A stretch of 64,000 nucleotides of DNA from a virus (IMGVR_UViG_2883526296_000003:5997-69996), one strand, 5' to 3'. Shown: positions 1 through 9,852, counted from the stretch's first letter. Numbers and translations are program-made. The notes: generated from the letters alone by a model not told the origin.

Positions 1-36
1 CAAGAGAAAACCGGCACACATTGGGCTAGTGGTTAC

Positions 37-753
37 ATGGACAAGGCGGTGGAGCTAGGCATATTGAAAAATAATGAAATTACCCCGGCTCAATACGACC
101 AAGCTATAAGCCGGGAGCTGATGGCCACCGTCATTGCTCGTACTGCAGAACAAGTGCTGAAAGAAAACATTGCTTGCGAACAACGAACAGTTGTTGCCGG
201 CACCATCTATGATTACGGCAGTATCTCCGACAGCTACAAAGACAGTGTGGTGGACGTATATTATGCCGGAATTATAACAGGCTATTCTGACGGCAAATTT
301 AAGCCGAAGAATACGGCAACCAGAGCGGAAGCCTGCACTATGATTATTCGGCTTTTGGAAGCTAAAGAGCGTAAGGCCTATGAAGAAAAGGAATCCGTTA
401 AGGAGGTGCCCATCGGCACAATGATTATGAATTTAGAGTGGAGTGCTGCTTTAAAAAATCTGACAACCTGTGTGATTGATGATGATTTAGCGAAATATGA
501 AATGGAGATATATACAAATCCTATTAACGGCGTTGTTGGAATTAAAGCAAGATATTTATACTCAACTATTTATTTTATTAGAGATGGCGAAATTGTTGGT
601 TCTGACGGCATCATGACTGACAGGGATGGTTATACTAGCTTTGGATTTTTTGAAGGCTCTAAAAACGGTGATATCACCACCATTGACTATATCGGCTCAC
701 TAGATAACTACACTAAAATTCTAACCCTTGTCGCAAACCCATTTAAGAAATAA
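37..753 (+). CDS. S-layer homology (SLH) domain protein, probably truncated by the window edge
   Basis: SLH motifs ISRELMATVIAR and GIITGYSDGKFKPKNTATRAEACTMIIR. Confidence 0.75.
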   Translation: MDKAVELGILKNNEITPAQYDQAISRELMATVIARTAEQVLKENIACEQRTVVAGTIYDYGSISDSYKDSVVDVYYAGIITGYSDGKFKPKNTATRAEACTMIIRLLEAKERKAYEEKESVKEVPIGTMIMNLEWSAALKNLTTCVIDDDLAKYEMEIYTNPINGVVGIKARYLYSTIYFIRDGEIVGSDGIMTDRDGYTSFGFFEGSKNGDITTIDYIGSLDNYTKILTLVANPFKK

Positions 754-767
754 CGGAGGGAACCGCC

Positions 768-2099
768 ATGAAAAAATATTTGTCTTATGTTTTAGCATTG
801 GCGCTGCTGGTGAGCTGCGCCGTTATTCCCCTTGACACCGTATCGGCCGAAACCGGGCCTATGAAATATTGGTTGGATATGGGTGTTCAGCAAGTATGGT
901 CCAATCCTGATGGGTCGTGGGATGGTCAGGTTAAGCAAGGGGATTCAATTGATGTCACATCTACCATAGGCTTTTCTGCTCCTGTAGAGATTGTAGGATA
1001 CTATACCGTAGAATCTTCCAATTTCAATTTTGAGGACAAGTCTGGCACATATAACTATAATAAATCTAAATTAATATTTGATGAAGCTAGCTACCAGCGC
1101 AGTTATGGCCAATACAAATCAACTCAAATAACGCCTGTTTCTGCTACCGCTTCGGGAAACAATGTAACCATAAGCTATAAAGCAAAGCTTGAAAATTCGG
1201 GCGAGGTATTTAACTTAGCGAAACAATTGCGCTTGCCAGAAAATTTAACTGGCGACAAATTGTGGACATTACTCGGTAGTGGTGGCGGAAAAGACAATGT
1301 AAAAAAATATTCCCCAGCAATCTATGATAAGTGGCAAAAAGCATACGATGAAGGGCTCGGCGATACCATACAGGCCTATTTATATTTCACACCAACGGTT
1401 ATAGCTTACCGGGAGATTCTACCGGATATTCCTGAAGCTCCGCAGGCAGTACCCCCAGCAGACACAAAGGGCAGCTGCACCGATGTAATCAAATGGAGTG
1501 AGACAAAGTCACATACCTATACCGTTGGAAGTGGAGAAAATAAAAAGACAAGAACTTGCAATCACGTGTACACTTACCAGAGCAAACTTTCATCATCAGC
1601 AACCTTGACAGCAGCTAAGCCTAATGGAAATAACACCACTTTTAAATCCGGATATGGCTTTTCAGTCAATGTAAATAACAGCATAGCAACCAGCCAGATC
1701 GGTAACAGCGGAGCATGTGGAAAAAGCTTGTCTAAAGCCAATAACAAGAAGCCAGTACCCCCATCAGCAGCAGAGGTTCGGACCAGCGGGACGGTAAAAG
1801 TGAAAGGAGCAAAGGCAACACAGCCAAAGAATGTGGCATTGGCCAAAGGTGCAACCACAGGCACTACCTCTAAATTTATAACGGCTGCCAACCCATTATC
1901 CCAGTATAAAAAGGCTCAAATCTATACTGATGTTGCGCTGAAAGGTACAAAGCAAAAGCCAGTTAAACATAGCGTTACAGCCTATACTTATGGCGGTGGA
2001 GTAAATGGCGTGCAGTTCTGCAAATCCATACCGCTTACCTTTACTATTAATGGCAATATGTATGAAGATGACTGGACAGTTGATAGAGTGCCGAAATAA
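768..2099 (+). CDS. secreted hypothetical protein
   Basis: 443-aa ORF, GGAGG RBS, N-terminal signal peptide MKKYLSYVLALALLVSCAV. Confidence 0.65.
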   Translation: MKKYLSYVLALALLVSCAVIPLDTVSAETGPMKYWLDMGVQQVWSNPDGSWDGQVKQGDSIDVTSTIGFSAPVEIVGYYTVESSNFNFEDKSGTYNYNKSKLIFDEASYQRSYGQYKSTQITPVSATASGNNVTISYKAKLENSGEVFNLAKQLRLPENLTGDKLWTLLGSGGGKDNVKKYSPAIYDKWQKAYDEGLGDTIQAYLYFTPTVIAYREILPDIPEAPQAVPPADTKGSCTDVIKWSETKSHTYTVGSGENKKTRTCNHVYTYQSKLSSSATLTAAKPNGNNTTFKSGYGFSVNVNNSIATSQIGNSGACGKSLSKANNKKPVPPSAAEVRTSGTVKVKGAKATQPKNVALAKGATTGTTSKFITAANPLSQYKKAQIYTDVALKGTKQKPVKHSVTAYTYGGGVNGVQFCKSIPLTFTINGNMYEDDWTVDRVPK

Positions 2100-2371
2100 G
2101 CGGAGCGGGAACGAAATCAAGGGGGCAGGCTTGCCCATGGAGATTGCCGTTAGGCAATACAATGGCTTGCTCCTTGATGGAGAGACACGGAATACACTTA
2201 TCCTGCGGAGCAGACCTAGACAGGTTTGCTCCCTGCCACACGGCGAGTGGGAGAAGTCAAGAGGGGGAACCCCCTCTTGTGGGTAAGGCATTGGGAGCGA
2301 TGAGCGACCTTTGACAAGGGCGAAGCCCTAACCTCGTAGAGCGAACGGGGCAACGAAGTTGCCCTAGTGAG

Positions 2372-2432
2372 ATAGAGCAACAGAGAAAAAACGCACGTCG
2401 GTGACGTCGCGTTTTCTGCTCTTGTTGCTCTA
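2372..2432. repeat. long imperfect inverted repeat upstream of relaxase (candidate oriT or terminator)
   Basis: ATAGAGCAAC...AAAACGC-ACGTC-ggt-GACGT-cGCGTTTT...GTTGCTCTAT. Confidence 0.5.
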
Positions 2433-2479
2433 TAAAAAACTCTCACAACAAGCCATAAAAGAAAAGGAGCAAGACGGAT

Positions 2480-3688
2480 TTGAGTAGCCAAGTGGTAAGG
2501 GTGCAAGGCTTCAATAAAGGTTCGCTTAGTGCAATCGGCAAAGAAGTCGAGCGAGAACAGATTCAACACCGTAATCCCGATATTGATATAAAACGCACCC
2601 ACTTAAATGAAATATATAAGCAGACGAAAAACGGCATGTATGCGGAATGGAAAGACGTTTGTAGTAACCTAAACGTAAGTAATGTTGACAAGCTTAAAAA
2701 AAAGGCTATAGCTTTTGAAGGCATGGTTATTACCTCTGATAAAGATTTTTTTGAAAAATTAGGGTATAGGTCGGGTCTTCCGCCACCAGAGAAGATTAAA
2801 AAGTTTTTTACCCTAGCATATACTTTTGCTATACAAGAAATTGGCTTTAAAGGAACTGATACTAACGTGCTTTCTGCTGTAGTTCATTATGATGAAACAA
2901 CTCCACATCTACAGCTATACTATGTCCCTGTGGTTGATACTTGGAAAGAAAAAGTCTTACAAAGAGATAAAGACGGCAAAGTTTTAAAGAGCGATAGCGG
3001 CTCACCGATCCAAGCAAGGGACGATTCCGGTAAGCTTATTTGGAAAGTCATTAGGGATAGTGGAGACCGCAAGCTTTCAAGGGACAGCTTTTGGAAAAAT
3101 AAAGGTGGAAATACCTCTTATACTAAATTGCAGGATAGATTCCATGAGCAGATTGGTAAAGCCTACAATCTTGGACGAGGGGAAAAAGGAAGTACCAGGG
3201 AGCATACAACAAAGGCTCAATGGGAAATAGAAAAAATAGAGGCTTTAAAAAGCGAAAAACACGATTTAGAACGACAAATCCCTATTTCTAGCAGTACTGT
3301 CTTAGGAGTGCATGAAATCGCTAAAATAGAGCCAAAACAAGGGTTTGGTTGTATAAAAAATGTAACTTTGAAAGAAATTGAACACCTAAAAGCAGAGGCT
3401 ACGGAAAAGATTGTAATTGAAAGGGCTTTCGCCCTACAAAAATTTGAGAATGAATCCCTTTTAAAGAAACAACTTAATTATCAACAAAATGAAACAAATC
3501 ACACAAAAATCAAAAAAGAAGCCACCTTGTTAAAAAAGCAAATAGCCCATACTGAGCGAATTATCAACTCTACCCCTGAGCTGAAAAAAATGTTTGATAC
3601 TGCATTAGAAGAAGATATGAAGAATAAACAGGACTGGTTGAGCAAGCTTAACCCAGGCAATCAGAGAACAATAAATAAAAAATTATAA
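2480..3688 (+). CDS. MOBV/Pre family plasmid recombination-mobilisation protein
   Basis: NPDIDIKRTHLN motif, VVHYDETTPHLQ motif III, LQDRFHEQIG..YNLGRG, coiled-coil C-terminus. Confidence 0.8.
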   Translation: MSSQVVRVQGFNKGSLSAIGKEVEREQIQHRNPDIDIKRTHLNEIYKQTKNGMYAEWKDVCSNLNVSNVDKLKKKAIAFEGMVITSDKDFFEKLGYRSGLPPPEKIKKFFTLAYTFAIQEIGFKGTDTNVLSAVVHYDETTPHLQLYYVPVVDTWKEKVLQRDKDGKVLKSDSGSPIQARDDSGKLIWKVIRDSGDRKLSRDSFWKNKGGNTSYTKLQDRFHEQIGKAYNLGRGEKGSTREHTTKAQWEIEKIEALKSEKHDLERQIPISSSTVLGVHEIAKIEPKQGFGCIKNVTLKEIEHLKAEATEKIVIERAFALQKFENESLLKKQLNYQQNETNHTKIKKEATLLKKQIAHTERIINSTPELKKMFDTALEEDMKNKQDWLSKLNPGNQRTINKKL

Positions 3689-3702
3689 AAAAGGAGCGTT
3701 AT

Positions 3703-3981
3703 ATGATATTTGAAGTTACAGAAATATCAACTGGTGAAAAGCGAAAATTTAGCCTAAGAGACCTATATGCCGTAGAACTTAGTGAAATAGACCTTTCGCA
3801 TAGTTGTTACAAGGACAGAGAAGAGGAAGCAAAAGAAGAACTGAATGGAATTTGGATAAATTTTGACGATTTTAATGAGGATTGGAAGTTGTCAGGTAAT
3901 TGCTGCGGGAGTGGTCTTTATCCATGGTCTGTAAAAGATGACCTAAATCCTGATTTAAAAATCAATGTCATAACGGCCTAA
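3703..3981 (+). CDS. hypothetical acidic protein
   Basis: AAGGAG RBS, 92-aa ORF directly after relaxase. Confidence 0.55.
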   Translation: MIFEVTEISTGEKRKFSLRDLYAVELSEIDLSHSCYKDREEEAKEELNGIWINFDDFNEDWKLSGNCCGSGLYPWSVKDDLNPDLKINVITA

Positions 3982-4372
3982 TGAATAGAAGAGAGGGCAA
4001 ACTGAAGTTTATTCTATTAGGGGAAGTCAAAAAAGTAAAAAAACGACGATTTAAGCATTTTAATATTTGCCACGGAACAAGTATGCCAAAACTATATAAA
4101 AATCTCTTAAAAACGAAATTAAGAGCATATAAACCACATATGCACCTCTTGGCTGAGGTGCATATTTTTTACCTTAATAAAAATTTCCCCTATATAATTT
4201 TTATTAAAATAATAGAATTAAGTGTTTTCAATGGTTCTCGCAATTTTCATTTCCCCCATTTTTCCCACAAAAGTTATTAAATGATACAAAAGTTACTACA
4301 AGAAAATGTAAAATATCAAAAATTACAGAACTTACCATTACTCTTAAAAACGTTTAAATTTCAAGGAAAAGT

Positions 4373-4401
4373 AAAAGCCCGTTGCGTTTGCAACGGGCTT
4401 T
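4373..4401 (-). terminator. intrinsic terminator after tRNA-Arg
   Basis: AAAAGCCCGTTGC-gttt-GCAACGGGCTTT hairpin. Confidence 0.75.
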
Positions 4402-4477
4402 GGTGCGCCATGAGGGATTCGAACCCCCGACCTTCACATTCGTAGTGTGCCACTCTATCCAGCTGAGCTAATGGCGC
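4401..4477 (-). tRNA. tRNA-Arg (ACG)
   Basis: reverse complement GCGCCATTAGCTCAGCTGGATAGAGTGGCACACT-ACG-AATGTGAAGGTCGGGGGTTCGAATCCCTCATGGCGCACCA folds as a cloverleaf with encoded CCA. Confidence 0.95.
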
Positions 4478-4886
4478 ATGCGCTTAAGCACGTTATTCAT
4501 TATATAATATTAAGACGATCTTGTCAAACTTTTTAACAAGAAATGGGCATATAAATTTCTTTGTTTAAATAAAAACAGAAATATAATTTGCAAAGATTGT
4601 CGTTAAATTTTGTCTTGCAGTCATTTGGAGATGTACTTGAGCAGATTTTTTGCTGTGTTGTCCGGCCATTTAATATTAAAATACGAGAATTTAATTTCAA
4701 AATGACAGAAAACTTCTGTTATTTTATAGGCAAACTCTTAGTTGTGACAAAGAGCTGTGAATGGTATAATAAATTCTATGGATTATATTGGGCTTTACCA
4801 TCGGGCAGTGTTCATTGAAATATATGAAGGTAGCTGCTCATGGCATAGTTACCTCATAAGCTATGGGGGATTGGGAGTGAATACAG

Positions 4887-5381
4887 ATGGATGAATTAAA
4901 GGAATTGAAAAAAGCCTTACAGGAACAGCGACCCAACGAGTGGGAAGATATACCAGATATTGATTTATACATGGATCAGGTGCTGAATTATATGGTCCGG
5001 CAGCATATTGGGCTGGAAAGTGGAGAGACACTTACATCAGCTATGGTTAACAATTATATTAAGAAAGAGCTGCTGCCTCGAGCCAAGGGAAAGCGGTATG
5101 AACGGCAGCATATTGCGTATTTGACAGCTATCTGCCTCTTCAAACAGGTTTTATCTGTTGATTCCACCAAGGAGCTGCTGGATAGTCAGTTAACGGATTC
5201 CGACATAAAGGGCTTTTATAAAAAATATCGCACCAAGTTGGATCAGTCCTATAATGAGGTAGCTGAAAAAATAGATGAGAACATGGACAAGCAGGAGATT
5301 TCAGAGTTGGTGCTGGAATTAGCTGTTTCCAGTTATGCTCAGAAAATGGCCTGCGAGCGGTTGCTAGAACTTTTGGTTTAG
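4887..5381 (+). CDS. DUF1836 family protein
   Basis: WEDIPDIDLYMDQV...LTSAMVNNYIK...KRY signature. Confidence 0.8.
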   Translation: MDELKELKKALQEQRPNEWEDIPDIDLYMDQVLNYMVRQHIGLESGETLTSAMVNNYIKKELLPRAKGKRYERQHIAYLTAICLFKQVLSVDSTKELLDSQLTDSDIKGFYKKYRTKLDQSYNEVAEKIDENMDKQEISELVLELAVSSYAQKMACERLLELLV

Positions 5382-5403
5382 CAAGGCCACGAAGGAATTT
5401 GTG

Positions 5404-5430
5404 ACCTTTATGAATCCCCTGTCATAGTAT
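5404..5430 (+). promoter_or_regulatory. sigK/sigE-like mother-cell promoter of the cotJ operon
   Basis: AC-N17-CATAGTAT resembles the sigK consensus AC-N16/17-CATANNNT. Confidence 0.5.
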
Positions 5431-5446
5431 ATCTTATATATTTACT

Positions 5447-6052
5447 ATGAAAGGGGATTTTGTTTTGAGAAACAACATGAGCGGGCCTGCAAAGGACGCG
5501 GTTTTCCGTAAGACAAATGAAAACCGTACAGAGCCTTATGTGGGTATGCCGATATACTTAGATGATTCGTTCTTTGACTTCATGGGCGAAAACGGAATGG
5601 TTGAATGCCCTGCACCTAAGGAATCTGACGATGAAATGAACGAGGCAGCACCTATGCCGGCTCCAGAGACAGGAGGAGGGCAGACGCCGCCACAAGTGAG
5701 CCCAGCACCAGGACAACGGCCTTCACAGCCGGCACCAGCGCCGGGACAACGGCCTTCACAACCAGCACCAACGCCAGCGCCGGGACAACGGCCAGATTGC
5801 AGCAACGGAGGCAACTGGGACAATGGATGCAACGGAGGCGACAGAAGCAATGGGGGCAACTGGAATAATGGAGGCACCGGAGGCAATGGAGGCGGCACCA
5901 GACCGATGGACTGCGTAAGCGGCTGTCCGCTGGCGATGGCGTATGTGCCTTGGCAGCAGTGGACCACCACTTATGATATGGAAGAGGGATTTTCAGCGGG
6001 GACCATATTCCCTGAACTGGATTTACCGTTTTTAGGAGGTGCCTGTAAATGA
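5447..6052 (+). CDS. cotJA: spore coat protein CotJA with long low-complexity N-terminal extension
   Basis: C-terminal PLAMAYVPWQQW...GTIFPELDLPF signature; first gene of cotJABC order. Confidence 0.85.
   Translation: MKGDFVLRNNMSGPAKDAVFRKTNENRTEPYVGMPIYLDDSFFDFMGENGMVECPAPKESDDEMNEAAPMPAPETGGGQTPPQVSPAPGQRPSQPAPAPGQRPSQPAPTPAPGQRPDCSNGGNWDNGCNGGDRSNGGNWNNGGTGGNGGGTRPMDCVSGCPLAMAYVPWQQWTTTYDMEEGFSAGTIFPELDLPFLGGACK
5702..5793 (+). repeat. three in-frame PAPGQRP(SQ) tandem repeats in cotJA
   Basis: ccagc(a/g)cc(a/g)ggacaacggcc repeated three times at 33-39 bp spacing. Confidence 0.85.
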
Positions 6053-6297
6053 ATCGAGATGAATTGATGCTCCGGGTACAGATGTTGTCATTCGTGTTGG
6101 TAGATACCAATCTTTACTTAGACACTCATCCTGAAGATCGGGCGGCACTGGGCTTTTTTAACAAATATAATGCCTTATATGAGAACGCCAAGATGGAGTA
6201 TGAGGCGAAGTTCGGGCCGCTGACTCCAGCGGGAACTAATGATACAAATACCTGGTCATGGATTGATGAACCATGGCCTTGGCAGAAGGAGGTTTAG
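6049..6297 (+). CDS. cotJB: spore coat protein CotJB
   Basis: LYLDTHPED..AL, YEAKFGPLT, WSWIDEPWPWQ signature. Confidence 0.92.
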   Translation: MNRDELMLRVQMLSFVLVDTNLYLDTHPEDRAALGFFNKYNALYENAKMEYEAKFGPLTPAGTNDTNTWSWIDEPWPWQKEV

Positions 6298-6299
6298 GT

Positions 6300-6394
6300 A
6301 TGTGGACTTATAATAAGAAATTGCAATTTCCAGTAAACATTAAAAATCCTAATCCTGCTATGGCGAAGTATATTATTACTCAATACGGTGGACC
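6300..6394 (+). CDS. cotJC: 5' part of cotJC (manganese catalase family), interrupted by the prophage; not in the ORF track
   Basis: AAGGAGG RBS then MWTYNKKLQFPVNIKNPNPAMAKYIITQYGGP, the CotJC N-terminus; the frame runs into TGA at 6405-6407 inside phage DNA. Confidence 0.92.
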
Positions 6395-6415
6395 ATATCG
6401 CAAGTGACTATGATT
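6370..6415. other. attL of the prophage (core GGACC 6390-6394)
   Basis: core shared with 47242-47246; adjacent phage arm is an imperfect inverted repeat of the arm at 47219-47239. Confidence 0.85.
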
Positions 6416-7823
6416 AGAGATAAAAAAATATTTTCAAGAGTTCTCCAGGCCTTGAAAATTCAACCCTTTCCACACATCCACGGATTGCATCGTACTTGGC
6501 GTTAAAGTAATCTTTTTTGTAATTATCTGTAAGATTTAGAACCTTTACAAGCCCCTTGACCTTTTTCACCAGCTGGGAATTATCTACGGCCGGTTCCTTT
6601 ATTTCATCAATCTTGGCTTGCAAATCGTCCACCAGGGCGGTCAATTTTGTCTTGTTAGCCGAATACTCTTCGGATGTGTCAATGCCCTCTAAAAAGGCAA
6701 GCTTGGCATTCTCAAACATGCGTCTATACCGTTGCTGCTCTTTGATTAGTAATTCTTTTTCATTAACTAAATCATCATTTACAAAGGGGCGCACGTTCAA
6801 TTCATATTCTTTTTTATTGTCTATATCGGACAAATACTCAATGATTGCCTGTTCTAACTTTGAAGCCTGTATAAAATGAGATATGCCGCATTTTCCCTTA
6901 GTGTAGCCGATGCACTGAAACCCATCGTGTATTTTGGAGTAAGACATAGTTGCGCCGCAATTTCCGCACTTAACAAGTCCGGACAAGTAATGCTTCTTAA
7001 CATCCTTCGGCTTATCATTCTTCTTAAATGCTTTATGTTCTGAATGCAATTTTTCCTGCACCTGATTAAATAAATCTTCGGATATGATGGGCTTAAAGTC
7101 GGATTGTTTATTGATGCCGTTCCAAACTGCCCGGCCAATATATACTTGGTTTGAGAGCAGCCTTTTTATAAACCTATTTTCTATAGGGTTTCCGCGTTTC
7201 GTTTTCACCCCCATATCATTCAAAATCCTTGCTAGGGTCGTGATGCCGGTTCCGCCTAAATACCTTTCAAAAATGTATTGTACATACTTAGCCTCAGTCT
7301 CATTAACGGTCATGGGCTGACCTGGTGCTTTATCATAGCCAAAAGAAGGGGTGGACTGTATTTCTCCACGCAGCGCCTTCTCGGTCATACCTCGAACAAC
7401 CTCACCACTTAGATTGATGCTGTAGTATTCGTCCATCCACTCTATGATTCTTTCTATAAGAGAACCAAAGGGACCGTCGATCAGGGGCTCAGACACGCTT
7501 TCTACGTCAATACCTAGCTGTTTTCTAAGCATGGACTTATATACGATACTCTCTTCCTGGTTCCTTGCAAAACGTGAAAATTTCCATAGAAGGATAACGT
7601 CAAAAGGCTTAGGGGTTTGCTTAGACAGCCCAATCATTTTATTAAACTCATCACGCTTTTTTGTGCTGCGGCCTGTGATTCCTTCGTCAAGAAATATGTA
7701 CTTGTCGTTTAAAATAATGTTATGCTTCGCTGCGTAATTCTTTATTTCTCTAAGCTGAGCATCCGGTGAATACTCTAGCTGATCATCTGTAGATACCCTT
7801 ATATAGGCAGCACCTATTCTCAT
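6414..7823 (-). CDS. large serine recombinase (integrase)
   Basis: AYIRVSTDDQ catalytic motif, SRFARN, recombinase domain, zinc ribbon LSGLVKCGNCG, coiled coil. Confidence 0.95.
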   Translation of the reverse strand: MRIGAAYIRVSTDDQLEYSPDAQLREIKNYAAKHNIILNDKYIFLDEGITGRSTKKRDEFNKMIGLSKQTPKPFDVILLWKFSRFARNQEESIVYKSMLRKQLGIDVESVSEPLIDGPFGSLIERIIEWMDEYYSINLSGEVVRGMTEKALRGEIQSTPSFGYDKAPGQPMTVNETEAKYVQYIFERYLGGTGITTLARILNDMGVKTKRGNPIENRFIKRLLSNQVYIGRAVWNGINKQSDFKPIISEDLFNQVQEKLHSEHKAFKKNDKPKDVKKHYLSGLVKCGNCGATMSYSKIHDGFQCIGYTKGKCGISHFIQASKLEQAIIEYLSDIDNKKEYELNVRPFVNDDLVNEKELLIKEQQRYRRMFENAKLAFLEGIDTSEEYSANKTKLTALVDDLQAKIDEIKEPAVDNSQLVKKVKGLVKVLNLTDNYKKDYFNAKYDAIRGCVERVEFSRPGELLKIFFYL

Positions 7824-7888
7824 ACCATCACATCCTTATCTAATTTTACTTAAAAATGGGCATAAAAATACCCGGGGCTATCAAAAAC

Positions 7889-7995
7889 TTGATTTTTCCG
7901 GGCTGTAATGGTACAATCTACTTGCATTACGGGTTGTAATATTACAGCCTATATGATATTCGCTCCGGTTGCCGCCGGGGCGTTTGTTTTTTGTT
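7889..7995 (+). promoter_or_regulatory. sigA-like promoter plus short terminated transcript antisense to the integrase leader
   Basis: TTGATT-N17-TACAAT with extended TG; hairpin CGCTCCGG-ttgccg-CCGGGGCG followed by T tract. Confidence 0.5.
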
Positions 7996-7996
7996 T

Positions 7997-9334
7997 TTAA
8001 ATTACTTCTTTCAATTTTAGAGATTCTCTATATTGATAAGCATCTGGCGCTTCTATAAATTCAACTGTTTTATCGTGATTTTCCTTTACTACCCGTTTAA
8101 TCTCATCTAAAGTTACATTAAAGAATTCACGTCGTGTATTAATCATATTTATTTTTTTGTTTTCAAATTCTCTATGCAGTGTGTTTTCTAGTTTTGGCGC
8201 ATCATCAGAAAAGATCATTGCGTGGATGTCAAAGTTAAATGGGACGGATGCATCACCTAACTCATCAACTCTTTCCTGTGGGTCCAAACGACGGGTCATA
8301 CCGATTTTGAATATATTTTCACCGAATGCACCTATATTGGAAATGATATAGACGTATCCCGCTCTTTGATTTGCTTCCCTATAATCTATTGATTTGATTT
8401 GTTCTTCAATATCCTTTAGGTGCAAGACAATTTCAGATTTCTTTTCTTCAAGCAATTCCTTCTCGTCTTCAGATGAGCATTCAGATAGCTGCTGTTCAAT
8501 CTTAGCAAGAGCATTTAAGTAATGCTTTTTTTCTTTTTCGTTTAATTTTCGGGCTTCCTCTATTTCTTTGGCTAGGCGAGCCTCTTCTCTCTGCTGCGCC
8601 CGCATCTCCTTCATCTCTTCTTTTTCTTGTTGTTTTTTCATTTGGTACTCAAGCGCAATAGATAGTTCCTCTATTTTTAGCAAAACATATTGTCGCGAGA
8701 TTGAGACGCTCATGATTTTTCCAAGTTTACTGATGGACTCTGCGGATTTTGTAATCCGAGCCTGACAACGATCAAAGTTATTAAATTTAACGGTTGAAAC
8801 TGCTGCTTCACATTCATTATTGAATGAACGGAGACAAAGCTTTATCATATCATTAACAAGTTTACGGCCTTGTGCCGCACTGTTATTTACTGTCCAAGTC
8901 TGGGAACCCGTAGCCGCCGTTCCATTTCTTATCATTGATTTTTGTTTGTTGCGATTTATATCTAACTTTTCTTTATATTCATCAGAATGAACAAACTTAT
9001 ATTTTGGTTTATATAGAGCAAAATTTTCAAGCTCAATTAAATCATCAGCAGCGATGATTTCCTTCTCTTTTCGCTTTAACTGAAATTCGAGGTCTGAAAG
9101 CTTTTGACAAAGCTTCTTTTCTTCTTGTTGCTTAGAGGTGAGGATGCTTTCGACACTTTCCTGTTCAGCTTTTAACCGATTAATTCTAAGCTGAATGTTT
9201 TGAATATCGCGCATTTCGGGGGTAAGTAAACCTTCTAATTGCTCTTTCTCAAGAGTAAGCTTACTTTTTTCGTTTTCTAGCGTGCTTATTATAGATTTGA
9301 ATTCTTGTACTTTTAAAAAATCAAATAACCCCAT
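7997..9334 (-). CDS. DUF4041 / T5orf172 (GIY-YIG-like) coiled-coil protein
   Basis: AGYVYIISNIGAFGENIFKIGMTRRLDPQERVDELGDASVPFNFDIHAMIFSDDAP motif. Confidence 0.85.
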   Translation of the reverse strand: MGLFDFLKVQEFKSIISTLENEKSKLTLEKEQLEGLLTPEMRDIQNIQLRINRLKAEQESVESILTSKQQEEKKLCQKLSDLEFQLKRKEKEIIAADDLIELENFALYKPKYKFVHSDEYKEKLDINRNKQKSMIRNGTAATGSQTWTVNNSAAQGRKLVNDMIKLCLRSFNNECEAAVSTVKFNNFDRCQARITKSAESISKLGKIMSVSISRQYVLLKIEELSIALEYQMKKQQEKEEMKEMRAQQREEARLAKEIEEARKLNEKEKKHYLNALAKIEQQLSECSSEDEKELLEEKKSEIVLHLKDIEEQIKSIDYREANQRAGYVYIISNIGAFGENIFKIGMTRRLDPQERVDELGDASVPFNFDIHAMIFSDDAPKLENTLHREFENKKINMINTRREFFNVTLDEIKRVVKENHDKTVEFIEAPDAYQYRESLKLKEVI

Positions 9335-9379
9335 TATGTACCTCCATTAAACTACTTTGTCTTTTTTATGATTCTTATA

Positions 9380-9823
9380 CTATAAATCCTCTAGATCCTG
9401 TTTCATCAGTTCGATCTGCTCTGGAGACATATCATCGTTATGTGCAGCAATAGGCATTAGGCGATCAACCTCATCCTCTTCTTTTTCTACGTCCAAGATC
9501 TTCTGGGAATAGGAAGAAATTTTTTGCTTTCCGACAGGAGAACATTGCCTATATGTACGTACCAGGCTTTTTTCATTTACGGATAAAGTATCCGATGGAG
9601 CCGAAAGCTTTACTTTCATCTCATTCATTTTATCCTGAAATATGTAGTTAGCATCAACCCCCAAAACCTGCATCAATTGGTAGAGTATATCAACCTTAGG
9701 ATGGCTTGTGTTGTTTTCGTAGTTTCCTATTGCGGTTTGACGAACACCCACCAGTTTAGCCAACTGCTCCTGTGTTAACCCTTTGCGCAATCGCGCTTCT
9801 CGTATTTTATTTCCTATGCCCAT
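9380..9823 (-). CDS. prophage repressor (Xre-HTH, ImmR-like)
   Basis: IREARLRKGLTQEQLAKLVGV..IGNYE HTH; C-terminal PIAAH motif; divergent from cro-like gene. Confidence 0.88.
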   Translation of the reverse strand: MGIGNKIREARLRKGLTQEQLAKLVGVRQTAIGNYENNTSHPKVDILYQLMQVLGVDANYIFQDKMNEMKVKLSAPSDTLSVNEKSLVRTYRQCSPVGKQKISSYSQKILDVEKEEDEVDRLMPIAAHNDDMSPEQIELMKQDLEDL

Positions 9824-9852
9824 TCAGTATTGCCTCCTCCACTGAGTAGAAC

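Larger units (their letters stand above)
1..4370. mobile_element. right-hand part of a probable integrative mobilisable element next to the tRNA-Arg 3' end
   Basis: relaxase plus surface-protein cargo adjoining a tRNA 3' end; integrase and other boundary are not in the window. Confidence 0.4.

Noticed and set aside
4401-4477. tRNA-Arg as attachment site of the large prophage
   Set aside because: Host genes lie between it and the integrase, no duplicate of its 3' end was seen in the window, and the junctions map inside cotJC
3981-4818. ORFs 3981-4280 and 4588-4818
   Set aside because: AT-rich intergenic-looking sequence, no convincing RBS, no recognisable motifs
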